Of a stretch of 64,000 nucleotides of DNA, positions 62,517 to 64,000 are shown piece after piece. The stretch is taken from contig CAXNJO010000004.1 of assembly GCA_964202905.1 (NCBI GenBank), positions 256,001 through 320,000 of the forward strand. The letters run 5' to 3'. The notes beneath the pieces are model-generated. The model was given only the letters and a program-made list of their open reading frames with translations, searched no databases and was not told the DNA's origin. The position numbers and the translations under genes are program-made. The stretch is from Polyangiales bacterium (lineage in GTDB: Bacteria; Myxococcota_A; Polyangia; Polyangiales; JADJQN01). Position 1 is the stretch's first letter; each line of letters starts with the position of its first letter.

Positions 62517-64000
62517 TCACTCCTTGGGAATGTCCGCGATCTTGGTCGCGCCGAGCTTCTCCTTGAGCACGTCGCCCAGGGTGGCTCCGCCGCGCCCGGC
62601 CGCGCCCGAGGGCCCGACGGTGCGCGTCGTTTCCGCCTTCTTCTCGGCGACGAACTTAATCGCTTCGGCGGTCTCGAGCTTCTGGTCGATGTTCTTCAGG
62701 GAGAGCGCGATGCGGCGCTCCGACGGGTCGAGCGAGAGGATCTCCGCCTTGACGATGTCCCCCTCCTTGACCACCGCATTCGCGTCGTCGACGCGGTCGT
62801 GGGAGAGCTCGCTCAGGTGGATGAGCCCCTCGACGCCGCGCTCGAGCTCCACGAAGACGCCGAAATCGGCGATGGAGATGACGCGGACCTCGAGGACGGT
62901 GCCCGACGGGTACTGGTCGGGGATGCGGCTCCACGGATCCTCGTAGAGCTGCTTGATGCCGAGCGAGACCTTCTTCTCCTCGTGGTTGACCGAGAGGATG
63001 ATGGCCTCGACCTCGTCGCCCTTGTGGTAGACGTCGGCCGGGTTGTTGATGCGCTGCGTCCAGCTGAGGTCCGACTTGTGGACCATGCCGTCGACCCCGT
63101 CCTCGATGCCGATGAAGACACCGTAGTCGGTCACGCTGCGGACCTTGCCGCGGATGATGTCACCCGGGTTGTACTTCTGCGTGAAGGCCGTCCACGGATC
63201 CGCCTCGAGCTGCTTGAGGCCGAGCGAGATGCGCTTGGCCTTGGCGTCGACGTCGAGGACGACGCACTCGACCTCCTGGCCGACCTCGAGGATCTTGCTC
63301 GGGTGCTTGGGCTTCTTCCACGACATCTCGCTGACGTGGATGAGACCCTCGACGCCCTGCTCCATCTCGACGAACGCGCCGTAGTCGGTGATCGAGACCA
63401 CCTTGCCGCGGACCTTCTTGCCGGCGGGATACGACTCCTCGGCGTGGTTCCACGGGTCTTCCATGGTCTGCTTGAGACCCAGGGAAACGCGCTCGGTCTC
63501 GGGGTTGTACTTGAGGACCTTGACGGTGACCTCATCGCCGACGTTGAACACCTCCGACGGGTGGTTCACGCGGCCCCAGCTCATGTCGGTGATGTGAAGG
63601 AGGCCATCGATGCCGCCGAGATCCACGAACGCACCGTACTCGGTGATGTTCTTGATCACGCCGGTGACGACCTGGCCCTCCTCAAGCTTGCCGAGGGTGA
63701 GGGCCTTGAGCTCGTCGCGCTCCTTCTCGAGGAGCACGCGGCGCGAGAGCACGATGTTGCCGCGCTTCTTGTTGAACTTGATGACCTTGTACGCGAAGGT
63801 CTGCCCGATGAGTTTGTCGAGGTTGCGGATGGGCCTGAGGTCCACCTGCGAGCCCGGGAGGAAGGCCTTGACCCCGCCCTTGATGGTGACCGAGAGGCCA
63901 CCCTTTACGCGTGCGGTGATCGTCCCCTCGATCAACTCGTCGCGCTCACACGCGGCGCTGATCTCATCCCAGACCTTGAGCTTGTCGGCCTTCTCCTTCG
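62517..64000 (-). CDS. rpsA: 30S ribosomal protein S1 (5' end outside the window)
   Basis: AFLPGSQVD, NIVLSRR, YGAFVDLGGIDGLLHITDMSW, RISLGLKQ; tandem S1 domains. Confidence 0.98.
   Translation of the reverse strand, partial: KEKADKLKVWDEISAACERDELIEGTITARVKGGLSVTIKGGVKAFLPGSQVDLRPIRNLDKLIGQTFAYKVIKFNKKRGNIVLSRRVLLEKERDELKALTLGKLEEGQVVTGVIKNITEYGAFVDLGGIDGLLHITDMSWGRVNHPSEVFNVGDEVTVKVLKYNPETERVSLGLKQTMEDPWNHAEESYPAGKKVRGKVVSITDYGAFVEMEQGVEGLIHVSEMSWKKPKHPSKILEVGQEVECVVLDVDAKAKRISLGLKQLEADPWTAFTQKYNPGDIIRGKVRSVTDYGVFIGIEDGVDGMVHKSDLSWTQRINNPADVYHKGDEVEAIILSVNHEEKKVSLGIKQLYEDPWSRIPDQYPSGTVLEVRVISIADFGVFVELERGVEGLIHLSELSHDRVDDANAVVKEGDIVKAEILSLDPSERRIALSLKNIDQKLETAEAIKFVAEKKAETTRTVGPSGAAGRGGATLGDVLKEKLGATKIADIPKE

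Overview
Very GC-rich, gene-dense chromosomal segment from a myxobacterium (Myxococcota, probably Polyangia/Sandaracinaceae-like; inferred from a MYXO-CTERM protein, LTVGSLR encapsulin targeting peptides, Cys/Asp-rich DAG/DLG-linker lipoproteins and a kinase-STAND protein). About 45 real CDSs can be picked out; the many overlapping Arg/Ala-rich ORFs in the track are GC artefacts. Housekeeping genes: clpA (heavily frameshifted), aat, moeB, nnr, pdxJ, gap-pgk-tpiA-secG, rpsA. Best candidate for an undescribed system: a Family 1 encapsulin operon (17521-18733) whose 120-aa cargo has two TVGSLR targeting peptides and a degenerate ferritin/hemerythrin-like helix, lying head-to-head with a His-rich Zn-type CDF exporter. 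Other highlights: a FliA-like sigma gene followed by an orphan T3SS inner-rod-like gene; two sigma54 promoters, one with a clear enhancer array driving a 61-aa protein; an H1-like basic protein; a matrixin with a separately encoded putative pro-domain; an integrin-beta-like VWA/TSP3 lipoprotein; and a giant repeat lipoprotein with an L-type-lectin tip hidden by a frameshift. No rRNA, tRNA, CRISPR array or mobile element was seen. Several single-base indels look like long-read consensus errors. All family calls rest on motif recognition by eye, not database searches.
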